Positions 48,874 through 59,253 of a DNA stretch of 59,253 bases are shown here, one piece after another (within the stretch, counting starts at the first letter, position 1; every line of letters starts with the position of its first letter). Below the pieces are notes generated by a model. The model ran no database searches. It was not told where the DNA came from and saw only the letters and a list, made by a program, of their open reading frames with translations. Made by a program: the position numbers and the translations under genes. The stretch covers positions 151,870-211,122 of the forward strand of contig NW_015167097.1 of the NCBI RefSeq assembly GCF_001447785.1, given 5' to 3'. The stretch comes from Gekko japonicus. Lineage: Eukaryota.

Positions 48874-51800
48874 CCTCTAATTAGGGGTACTGGGAACTGA
48901 ATCTGGGACTTTTCCCATAGAAAGCAGGTACTCTGCTACTGATCCATAACCCCAAAAGGTTGGGTTTTTTTTAAAGGCTTTCAAGAAAGGTGTTTTGAAT
49001 CCATTCTCCCTTTAGTGATTAGAATGCTCCAAGGGGAGTAAAGCCACCCCCCTCAGACTGACATAGCCTGAGGATGCTTTACATTTTTAAAGACTCTGTT
49101 AACTTTGAAACTAAAAGTGTCCTGACGGGGGAGATTAATCAAGACCAGGGGAAAACCACCCACCTCTCAACTCTTGAAGCTGCAAACAGGGCACAGCCCC
49201 TAATGGTTTACAGAATCCTGACATGGAAAGGAGGTGAAATGTGGGTTAGGGGTACATGCGGTGAGGTGTGCACTTCCAAACCCCACTTCCCACCTAAATC
49301 TCCACAGCACAGCAATTGGTAAAAATACCCCCTTTTGTGCTGTTTGGCTTATCTCGCACAAACCTCAGCCATCAGGGCAGTTTCTCTACTGCTGAGCTGC
49401 AAGGCTTGGTGACTCACTGATTTACTGAGCTCAAATCTTGTATTACAGACAGGAATTTCATTTATTTATTACATTATTTATAGTCTGCCTTTCTCACTGG
49501 CACTCAAGACGGAGTACACAGAGTGAGTCAATACAATCAACCAGATGGGACTGCCAATAAACAATGCAATAGGATTAGGATTATAGCAATCTGGAACCAA
49601 GCAAAAATCTTTTTTTAAAAAGAGATGAAGCAAAGTGTAAGTATTAACATGACACATTAAACAATGCAAAAATTATGTAGCAGGATCCTACTTTCAGCAA
49701 GCTATACACACTAGTAGAAATCACTGTCCCTAATCACTTATCCAAGCAACTTTCTGAACAATTTTGTTACAGTGGAGCCCAATTAACTGTGTAATTACCT
49801 ATCACCTCAGCTTGCACAGTTCCCCATCATCAGAAAATGTGATTGATACATTTGGTTTACACCACCAATAGTACACAGACTATAGGAAAGGTGCTTGTAG
49901 TATAGCTAGAAAATATGCAGCAAAGTGTATGTTTTCTTTTTAGTGTGTAGCATTTATGGGACAGGGCACATTCTTCTTCCAGTCTAATAAGTAGACGAAG
50001 GGTTTGGAAGAGGTCAGGTGTAGGTTTCTGTTCCACTCTCTCCAGAAACTGATCAAGCCTCCTCAGGAAGACCTGCCTTGTTTTTTATGAACTCTTTGCT
50101 TAAGGGAGTTTCTTTAACGATCCCCCTACCCTGGGAAGCCATCTAGATCCCAAGATTCTCCATACCCTGAAGGGAGTTTCCACCAGTCAGAAACAAATCC
50201 TTTAAAACTCACAGCAGAGGTCTTGTCATCATTTCTATATTCCAGGAAACTGGTTCCTTTCTGACCCACTGCGCAAAGTGAATTCTAACAGGTAGGAATG
50301 TACTGAGCATTCCACACTACTGCCTTCTTCCAAGTAGTACGACATTAGTACAGGGGGAAGGGCAGCTGCTCTTCTCCTGGACATTCCTGTGTTGCTGACT
50401 GGGCAGAGGCCATGTGCGAGTGTTTGGATATATGTAATCCTTGGCAACTCCATTTAAATAGTAGGACTTACCACAGTGGTATCCTGCTTTTCCACCAAGA
50501 AGTTCAGAACAGCATGTATGAAATTATCTTGCTTTTATCCTCAAAACCCTGTGAGGTATGAATGCCTGGGAGATAATAACTTTTCCAAAATAGGTTAAGA
50601 GGGGATTTGAACGCTGGTCTAAGTCCAGTATCTCAGTCACCACTCAGTTTTGTCACCTGAAGCCTTAGAGAACTGTTGCCAGTCAGAATGCATAGAAGGT
50701 TTAGTATGTCTAAGGCAACCCCGTATTTTGTTTTTAATTTTTATTTTAATTAGGAATGTGGGCAGCTGCCATCTGGATGTGCTATGAAAGCCAGCACTGA
50801 CGCACATGGGCTGTTTTGGGGTGTTATGTTTACACTCGTGGTGTATCAGTGGAAAGTTTATCATGGTGACAGAGTTCCACCAATCATTTAGGTTTCATTA
50901 ATTTTTCAGAAATCATAAACTGGTGGTGAATTTTGTGAGAATTTAAAAATGGGAACGAAAGCGTGAAAGTATTGTGCATTTGGAAAGATGGTGAAACCCT
51001 TGGATATATTTTGATACACTTCACCACCACCAAGGAAGGAAGTAGGAGTGATAGTGAGACATCTAGCTTCAGGTTTCTACTTCTTGCTGCTCTACATGAC
51101 TGAAAATATCAGGAGCTAGAGAAAGGGTTGGCCAGGGAGGGCTGTTGTGCCTCATGCCGCCCTCTGCCTGCTCTGTGCCCCCCCCTTTTTCTGTTTCCCT
51201 TTACATTGATTCTCTAACCATAGATTACACAATCATATCTCCAGTTCAGGCAGTAAACAATAGGGAGAAGAATAATGAATGGCAGCCATGTATTTATTTA
51301 GTCAAAAGCAAGAATGTTATACCGGCCTTGTAGTGTTGCTTTATACTTGTTGTTTATACTTTCTCCGAATGTTAGAAAGGGATTTTTTTTAAAAAAGTTG
51401 TTGATCTAGCTAGCTGACATTAAGGAAATGTTTCGCAAAGTATCACATTGTTATTATGTATTCTATTCTTCTACAATTATTGCCAGTAGATCAAGAAAGT
51501 GACATTAAACAAACAAAAAATAAAATAAATGAGCTTGAATAGGACAGGCTACATGGAAACATTACCTGATTAGTGAATGCTGCAGTCAGACCTAATATTG
51601 GTGAGATTTTCAAATCAGGAACAGTACATCTGCTCCTGGCCCTTGGCTACAAGTTGTATAAACCCTGGTGGTCTCTGAATGCATTGGCATTGCTCCAGCC
51701 TCAGGGCTGAACTCTCCTTCACTTAGTGATATTGACTGCTGCTGTCACTGCATGATCAGCTGTTTGGCTGCTAGAGTGATTTGCTGTTAAACAGCTGCTT

Positions 51801-52079
51801 TGTGCCAAACAACTGTTTTGCCATCATTCCCACATAAAACCCCAGAGAGGTTATGGTAAAACCTCTTGCACTGTACAGACTATAACATTATTATTAGCTT
51901 GCATATAGTGCTTTAGAGGGTTCATAGGAATTCATATGCATAATCAATAAAAATTATGATGATGCAGTATTCTAGTAGAAGTTCTTGTCTAAATAGAAGT
52001 GGCAGGCTTCAAGGGCAGAGAGCATCTATATTGCAGGACAAAAGCTCTACATTATTCTTCTGGTGCCCCTGACATGTGG

Positions 52080-52560
52080 AGCTTTTTCACCGGACAGTGG
52101 GCCTAAGACCACAGTTCCCACCCACACTTAACTGGCCCCTCCCGCGCACCTCTCCGGAGCCCCCCGAAGTTCGGGGGAGCTCTGCTCGCTTCTCCTGGAG
52201 GGAGAGCGAGAGCAGGAGGCTTGGCAGGTCCCCCCCGTTTCCATGGCAAGGGCGGGGGTGAGACCGGCTTGCCCCGAAGCAGAGGTGTCGGGCAGCAGGG
52301 AACATGGCTGCCATGTTTCCCATTAGCAGCAGCCAACCGCGATTTTAACAACTATTCTCTCTTTTTTTTTTTTTTTGCACGGGTATTTTCTTTCTTTTTA
52401 TATCACTTTGAACGGTGGATTTATAATCTGGCATCTCAACGAAAAGAGGATCCTATTCGCCCCTCTATGGATTTCCTATCGGTATGAAGAAAGCGGCCGG
52501 GACTATGAAAAGGACTTTACATTAAATGCGTCCGAAGGGGTAAGAGACTAAAACTTCGCT
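52080..52560. promoter_or_regulatory. Orphan CpG-rich promoter/enhancer-like island
   Basis: Local GC/CpG enrichment with no TE termini seen; RFX-like GTTTCCATGGCAAG 52237-52250, GC box GGGCGGGG, palindromic YY1-like AACATGGCTGCCATGTT ~52301-52317. Confidence 0.45.
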
Positions 52561-53235
52561 TATTTCATACTTGAAGGTGACCTTTGCATTCTTAAGAACC
52601 AATAGCTTTTTGCAACATTTTTCTTTCAATAGCAGGCTACTACTATTGGAACAAGCCACTGAACACAGGACTCATATACCAGTAGTCTCTGTATTTGAAT
52701 GGACTGCTCACAAAGTGTCTGGAGTCTGAAACTGAAAGCTGGGCCCCCATCACTCACATTAATTTGATAAAGGAGTGAGTTTTTGAAGCTATCAGCTTGG
52801 AGTGCTCCGAATTCCTGAGGAGGGGGGATGGAAGAAAGTCTCCAGGCAAAATGTGCTCTTGGGTGTTGTTTTTTGTTTGCTTGCTTATTTGCTTTCTTCT
52901 TCCTGCCTCAAGAACTGCTGGTCTCTTCTGACTCCTATATGCAGATAACATCTTTCTTTTTAAAAAAAAATTTTTTTTTTGCTTTCAGATTTCTTCTACT
53001 CCCTGCGCATACAATAAATTGAACTGGCTGATGCAAATGGAGAAATGTATATGATTTTACAAAAAAAACCCATATCTCACATGAATTCATGCTGTGGTCA
53101 GTATAAGGTTAAGAACAATTTATTACAATTGCATGCAAAATCAAGATTCTTAAGTTACAAGGTGGTTTTTTTTGGGGGGGGGGAGTTAATATCAGTATCC
53201 TGAACAACATGTATAGTTTGAGAAACATTAAGCAA

Positions 53236-53668
53236 TGGAAGTTGTCCATCTTCAGGTGGCACCTGGAGATCTCCTGCTATTACAACTGATCTCCAAATGA
53301 CCAAGATCAGTTCCCCTGGAGAAAATGGTTGCTTTGGAAGGTGGACTCTATGGCATTATACCCTGCTGAGGTAGGGTTGCCAGCCTCCAGGTGGGGCCTG
53401 GGGATCTCCTGCTTTTACAACAGATCTCCAGCTGCCAGAGATCAGCTCCCCTGGGGAAAATGGCTGCTTTGAAGGGTAGACTGTACGGCATTGTACCATG
53501 CTGAGGCCCCCTCTCCTCCCAAAACCCTGCCCACTCCTGGCTCCACCCTCAAAGTCTCCAGCTATTTTTCAACCCAGACCTGGCAACCCTATGCTGAGGT
53601 CCCTTCTCTCCCCAGGCTCCACCCCTCCCAACCTCCAGGTATTTCCCAACTCAGAGCTGGCAACCCTA
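53236..53668. mobile_element. hAT-type MITE (outer) with a same-family nested copy
   Basis: Body split at tgctgagg by the inner copy; ends TGGCAACCCTA at 53668. Confidence 0.75.
53372..53591. mobile_element. hAT-type MITE (inner)
   Basis: Perfect TIRs TAGGGTTGCCAG...CTGGCAACCCTA; perfect 8-bp TSD TGCTGAGG at 53364-53371 and 53592-53599. Confidence 0.92.
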
Positions 53669-56412
53669 TAATAGGGGGGTAACAGCTGTGTAAGCCAAGC
53701 CTAAGTCCTTAGGGTTCATGGACAAGAGACTATCATGCTATCACCACAAGAAGCCTGTGAAAACCTTGCACAGTTGCTTCTGATATGCCTCAGGCCCTAT
53801 TAGCTGGGAGATGTATATAAACATTTCTGCCTTTGGAAACATTTAGTATTGTCTCTCCCTGTAGGATAAATGTGATGAGTTCTAGTTTCAGTACCTTAAA
53901 AGGTGGCATTGTTATGAAGGCAGCTTAGCCCTTTAATGAGGCTTCATTATGTTGTGGTTTACTTCAGGCACACCTTCATTTCAAAGTTACCTGTGTGTGT
54001 TTTTTTATAGCTGCTACCTACAAAAATAGCCCTGATGTTTGGCATGAATGCCTGTTAAATGTATTTCCAAAGTATGCAAACACACCCTTAATTGCTTTCA
54101 AGAGAACTGTGGCAATTTTCGTCTAGGGCCTTTTCATTCCTACGTGTAGAAATGCATTGTTCTTTAGGAACAGGCCACTCCCTTTGCTGCTTGTGGTTTC
54201 TTGAGTCTGAGAAAATGTGTGAAAAGTTCAAAGCATCTGTGCTCTACCTTATATGACACTAATGGGAATGGAAAGTAAGTTCTTAAAAACTGTAGCAGAT
54301 AGTGCATTCACGTAAACCTTAAGTAGGTTAATGCTTCATTTCTGCTTTGTTTGCATGGCCACTTCTTTGGGAACTCAGCGACTATGTTATAGCTCTGTCA
54401 TGCTCTTATCAGTGTCCTCATTTATCTGTCAATTCTGCCCGAAAAGTGCAACTGGGTTAAGATGGTGAGAGAAACAAATAGCTGACAGGTTGTGCAGTAT
54501 GATGTCACTTCCAGGGAAACTTGGAAGTGACATCACACTGCACACACGGCTGGAGTCCCCCCATTCCTGCCCCCCCAAGCTTCCACTAGTTGCAAGTGCT
54601 AATCCTAAACAGTGCTACTATAGCCTTGTAAGTCCACTGTAGTGTAACTCTGTTTAGGATTGTACTGCTGGTGCTTGAGGGATATGCTTGTGTTTCTTAC
54701 AAAGGGGGGGGGGAGATAAGCTAACTGATTTCAATAAACATTCTCTGACCAAGGATCTTGATTCTGTGCTCTGTCTAACTAAACTGAAATAACAGACCTA
54801 ATGTCCTTGGAGGGGAAGGGAATCTAGCAACAACAAAATCCAGTTTACCCTTCGTTTCCCTGCACCAGTGCTGAACTGAGAACTGGGAACTAGCTAGATG
54901 TGCTGATTACTATGTTGTGCTACAGTATTTACTCACACAGTGTTTTCCTCCCAGTGCACTTCCCTGGGGTTTTTTTTAATGTCCACTTACTTGCTCAAGA
55001 AATATGGTCTGGTGATAAAAATATACTCCAATTAGTTGTGTTCGAAATCCAACTTTAAAGCAAAGCTGATTTGCCAGTCCTATTAATTTCCTGTCAAGAA
55101 CAAAAATCAGAGAATCATTTATGTTCTTTCAGCTTGCCAGGTAGGACCATCAACAGGGTGGTGAACAATATCAGGCACTTAAATTCTATACAATCCCTAC
55201 TCCTTGCTTGTTATTTGTTTTAATGCTCGTACTCATAATTCCTTACTGCAAGCTAGGACCTTCGGCAGGAGCTACCCTGCAAATGGGCATGATTAACAAC
55301 TGCTTATACATGTGCATTGTCTGTTGTGGTCCCCACCTTATGGAGTGGCCTGCCTGACCAGGTCAGAAAGGCTCCCACTCTCCTGACATTTACCAAAATA
55401 TGCAAAACTGATGTATTCAGGACAGCATTTTAACAAAGGCAATAGTGCTTTATTATAACTGAACTGATTTTGGAAGAGACTGCGGACTATACTAGTGTAT
55501 ATAGTTCATACTATCTGTTGCTGACTGTATTGTCCTATTATGTAATTTCTGCATCATTTAACATCATTTAACATGTCGTGCTAATGTCTATGTTTTGTTT
55601 CAGCTTAATTCCAGATTCTTACTTGGTTTTAATTTCTGCATACTTATCGTATTATATTGCTTATTGGAAGCCCCCATCCTATTTACTGCATTGACACACA
55701 CTGCAATTCACCTTAAGTCTCTGTGAGAAAGGCAAACTATAAATAATATCAAAAAGGGAAAATAAAAGAAAAATATTCAGCAATGCCTGTTAATTGTACA
55801 ATGATAGTAATTCAAGAATAGCACAATGCTTAGACACACTAGACTATAGTAAAATGGATTTAGGAAGTGCCAATGTAGTTAAATTTAATCTCCTGACATA
55901 TGGCTAAACGTAATCCCTAGTAACGTGAAAGTCAAAGGTGTTTTTTTAGTAATATGGTGCCTAATACATGCTGCTAAGTATAAGCCTAGATGTTCAAGCT
56001 TGCATGAGAAAATTCCAGTGCACAGAGGTTGTGTTAGTCGATGAGTAAGATGCTATGTTGATGTTTTAAAATCTACCCTTTTATTCCCTCTTGTAACCTA
56101 CTGAAATTATATTCTTTGGCTTACTTCTTATTTAAATACAATAAAATTTTATATATATATAAAAAGGATAGCACAATGATGACTTCTCCACATTTGTTCT
56201 GGATATGTCTGTGCAGGCACCATGATTTTAAATGTGTTTGGTTGGAATCCAGGGGTTGTATTTTGTTTCCAGGTTAATTCAGAACAAAACAATATGTAAA
56301 CTTGTTTGCTCAGCCTTACCACATGATCTTTCAGCATGTTTACGATATTCAAACTGATTTCTGTGAGATGTACTTACAAATCACAGCCTAAAATCATGGC
56401 TTTATTCACCAA

Positions 56413-57126
56413 CTAGGAAGGAAGCCCATTGTAGGGAGAAGACAATGGGTGCTAGAAAGACAGGGGGGCCCGTCCCGCACTCTCTCCCCCTCTGCAGACC
56501 CCGGGGTCGGTGGGTGGTGACTGGCTTCCTGGGTGGCTGTGGCTGGGGCCCACAGCGACGAACCCGCAGCTGGTGAAGGGGCTGGGTCGCCCGTCATGTC
56601 AGATCAAAATGAGGCCCTTCCGCCTGCTTCCCCCCCCCTCCCCAGACCCCGGCGGCGGCAGGAGTGGGCTCGGACTGACGGCCTCGTGGGCAGTGAAGGG
56701 GCTGGGGCGCCCATCGTGTCAGAGGAAAGCGAGGCCCATCCCCCCTCTCTCTCTCTGCCCTCCCCATACCGCTGGGCCCTGCTGCATCCAGCGGCCTCTG
56801 GGCTGCCTCAATGGCTCTCTGTCCCAGCGGTGCTTCAGCCCCCGTCCGTTCACAAGCTGGCCGCTGAGTCGGCCGGGGGGACAGCAACCAGTGCAGGGGT
56901 GAGAGAAAGGGGCTTGGCCAAGCGTCCAGCCGCCGGACCACACATTCTGTCCAGTGGCTCCGTGCATACTGAGGGCAAGCTGGTGGCCGGGATTTGTGTG
57001 GGCGGGACCCCGCAACGCAGCCAGCCAACGTAGGCAGCACCTTTGGAATGGCAGTTCAGGCAGCCAACTGATTTTGGCGTGTATAGAACTTTGCCACCCC
57101 AAATTGCTTTTATTAATAAGGAGAGA
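56413..57126 (-). mobile_element. Complete non-autonomous Helitron (714 bp)
   Basis: Minus strand begins A|TCTCTCCTTATTAATAAAAG and ends CTAG|T; subterminal hairpin CCCATTGT/ACAATGGG (56425-56432/56442-56449) 8 nt before the CTAG; AT insertion site with no TSD; internal ~119-bp tandem repeat; CpG-rich. Confidence 0.82.
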
Positions 57127-58659
57127 TTCTAAGTATACATTATTATTAGACATCAATCTCACTGAAGTCACTGAAGGCCTTACATCTAAGTACACATTAT
57201 TAGGATCAGGCTCCATATCTGCTCTGGCTTACCAACAAGCTTATTCTGTAATGTGATATTTGAAGACTGAGTCTTATATATGAATATGTATTTCTTCACA
57301 TGACCACTCTGTTTGAATGCTTGAAAGAAAGTTCAATGTGAGAACTGAGTCCACTGAAAATCATTGCGTTTGAAATGATATTAAAATTATAAGTTCCTTG
57401 GGTACCATTTCTATCTGTGGCCCATTAAGAAACAGATTTCACCTGTACAATTATCTTTCACTGCCTGCATGATGGACAGAGAGCAGTAGTGAAGGAGTGG
57501 GTATTGGATAGCAGCAACTATTAAAGGTGATGACCTTCAGATGAGATATTAAACTGACCTCTCTTCTGGTGATTGTCCAGGTAGAGATTAAAAATTCCAT
57601 AGCACTGTTCAGAGAATAGTATCCAGTTGCAAATATTTTCCTAATACAGGTTTGAATTTCAAAAGCTACATCTGGCATCTCCTGAACAGTACTGAAGGAA
57701 GGTGTTTTTGCTTTACTAGATAGAATACTGTATATGAAAGTCAAACCATGTTTTTAAAAACTTGTTAAACATTAGACCAAAGCAACCACCTGTAGTTAGT
57801 GATGGAGATCAATATAAGGCAGACACTGCAATAATGTTACTGTCAAAGGGGAAATTCAGTCTGGGCGAGATGAACTTGGAGAAATCTCTGTTGCATCCAG
57901 AAATGCCAAATGCATACTATAAAGTGCTGATATTAAGGACAAGGCCTGGTTTAAGAATTATACTACATAGGTGACACTGTTTTAATTGGCTGGGAGGAAA
58001 CCACTGTGTGTGTAAATTTACAAGCTGTGTAATGCATGGAGGAGGGGAGAAATGGCCACTATGAACTCAGTCTGAATCTGACCTGTTGTACTTCTTACTT
58101 AGCCTTTCTAATTTCAGTATGACAGGAGTCCTGCCTGGTAAGAAGGTGAAGGAAATAGCTATGCTGAGTAACTAAAACCTATTCTCATTCACTACCTTCC
58201 CTAACCAAACCTTCTCCCTGTTCCCTAAGTGAGAATCCCGATGATATCTTTTAGTAGCCTTGGAAATGGTATTGTTCTCTGGATGTAATGCTTAGATCAT
58301 ATTTAATCTCTTCTTACTGCAGGTTTGCAACTTCATGACTGGCTTATTGGATGGCATAAGTGGCATACTTGCAAAAAGCCAGCAAATACATTTATTTTTA
58401 TACACTGACTGGAGTCAATTCATCTTGTATGAATAGGGCTGGTGCATTATGGGCCCTATTAACAGTCCAAATCCTCATGTAGTCCCCTTCTCTCTCTTAA
58501 TACCATACTGTAGTCATACAGAAATTACAATGATACTGTCTTGTTTCCTGCGTACTTATTTATTTATTTATTTATTTAATTGTATTTCTATCCTGCCCTC
58601 CCCCACAAGCAAGCTCAGGGTGAGTTACAACAGAATAAAACAGTTAAAACATCACAGTA

Positions 58660-59020
58660 TCTCTCCTTATATATAATTCTGTTTTGGTCATGGACTCTTC
58701 TGAATATTCCACACACTCCCAAAACAGTTCGCTTCCTGATCTGTCACTCAGAAGCTGTCCCCATCCACTGGCTGTGTTGCCTGAGCCTCGCCTCCAATAT
58801 TCTAAACAGTTTGCTGTTCCTCTCCCCCCAATAGCCAGTCGGAACACAGAGGTCATTTGCATATGTGGCCTGATTGGCCTTTGCCACTAACATTCTAAAC
58901 AGTTTGTTGTCGCGAGTCATTGAATGTGTCCTGAGGTAAAATACATGTCCAATTTCCCCTTAAATGGTCACTGGAGTTGCCGAAATACATATCCCAATCT
59001 TCCCTTTAACAGTCACTGGA
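58660..59020 (+). mobile_element. Helitron-like 5' portion
   Basis: Begins A|TCTCTCCTTAT, the same 11-mer as the 5' end of the 56413-57126 Helitron; internal short direct repeats; interrupted by a hAT MITE near 59020. Confidence 0.45.
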
Positions 59021-59253
59021 GTTGCCAGTCTCCCTGTGGGGTCTGGAGATCTCCCAGAAATCACCGTGTTTCCCAGCCACAGCACATCATTTCCCCTACA
59101 GAAAATTTCCCAGTATTACAATGGCTGCTTTGGGCAGTGGACTCTATGGCATTATACCCTGCTGAAGTCCCTCTGCACCCCAAACAAGCCCTCTAACCCT
59201 CAAATCTACAGGTCTGGCCCTCCCCTTAGTATTGCCAGCCTCCAGGCAGCACC

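Noticed and set aside
52299-52320. p53-like CATG pair
   Set aside because: Half-site spacing and flanks do not fit RRRCWWGYYY x2; a YY1-like reading fits better.
56352-57074. 9-bp direct repeat AACTGATTT suggesting a TSD/LTR boundary
   Set aside because: Helitron termini at 56413/57126 explain the element better; the right-hand repeat lies inside the element.
57451-57744. 97-aa minus-strand ORF / possible exon with a GTCAGT donor
   Set aside because: No recognisable protein similarity or partner exons; cannot be supported without a homology search.

Overview
Squamate reptile genomic DNA, most likely a gecko (inferred from Sauria SINEs plus abundant Squam3-like SINEs), with five assembly gaps. 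The only host protein-coding gene I can support is the intronless proto-oncogene JUN (c-Jun, CDS 42815-43756, +, 313 aa). It has a recognisable vertebrate JUN promoter (jun2 TRE, CCAAT, jun1 TRE, MEF2 site), a long CpG-rich 5' leader and a 3'UTR with miRNA seed matches and two AATAAA signals. The rest is intergenic and dense in transposable elements, many with termini and target-site duplications readable directly: hAT MITEs (several nested), Harbinger-like MITEs, a complete non-autonomous Helitron, solo LTRs, L1/CR1/RTE-X-or-L2-like LINE fragments and SINEs. The most notable unannotated signal is a minimal type I hammerhead ribozyme motif on the minus strand at 15564-15605, in a probable Penelope-like retroelement remnant. 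Also of note are a young L1 insertion about 2.9 kb upstream of JUN, long TE-borne hairpins, TE-borne ETS/jun1-type composite motifs, and an orphan CpG-rich promoter-like island about 8 kb downstream of JUN. All family names come from manual pattern recognition, not database searches.
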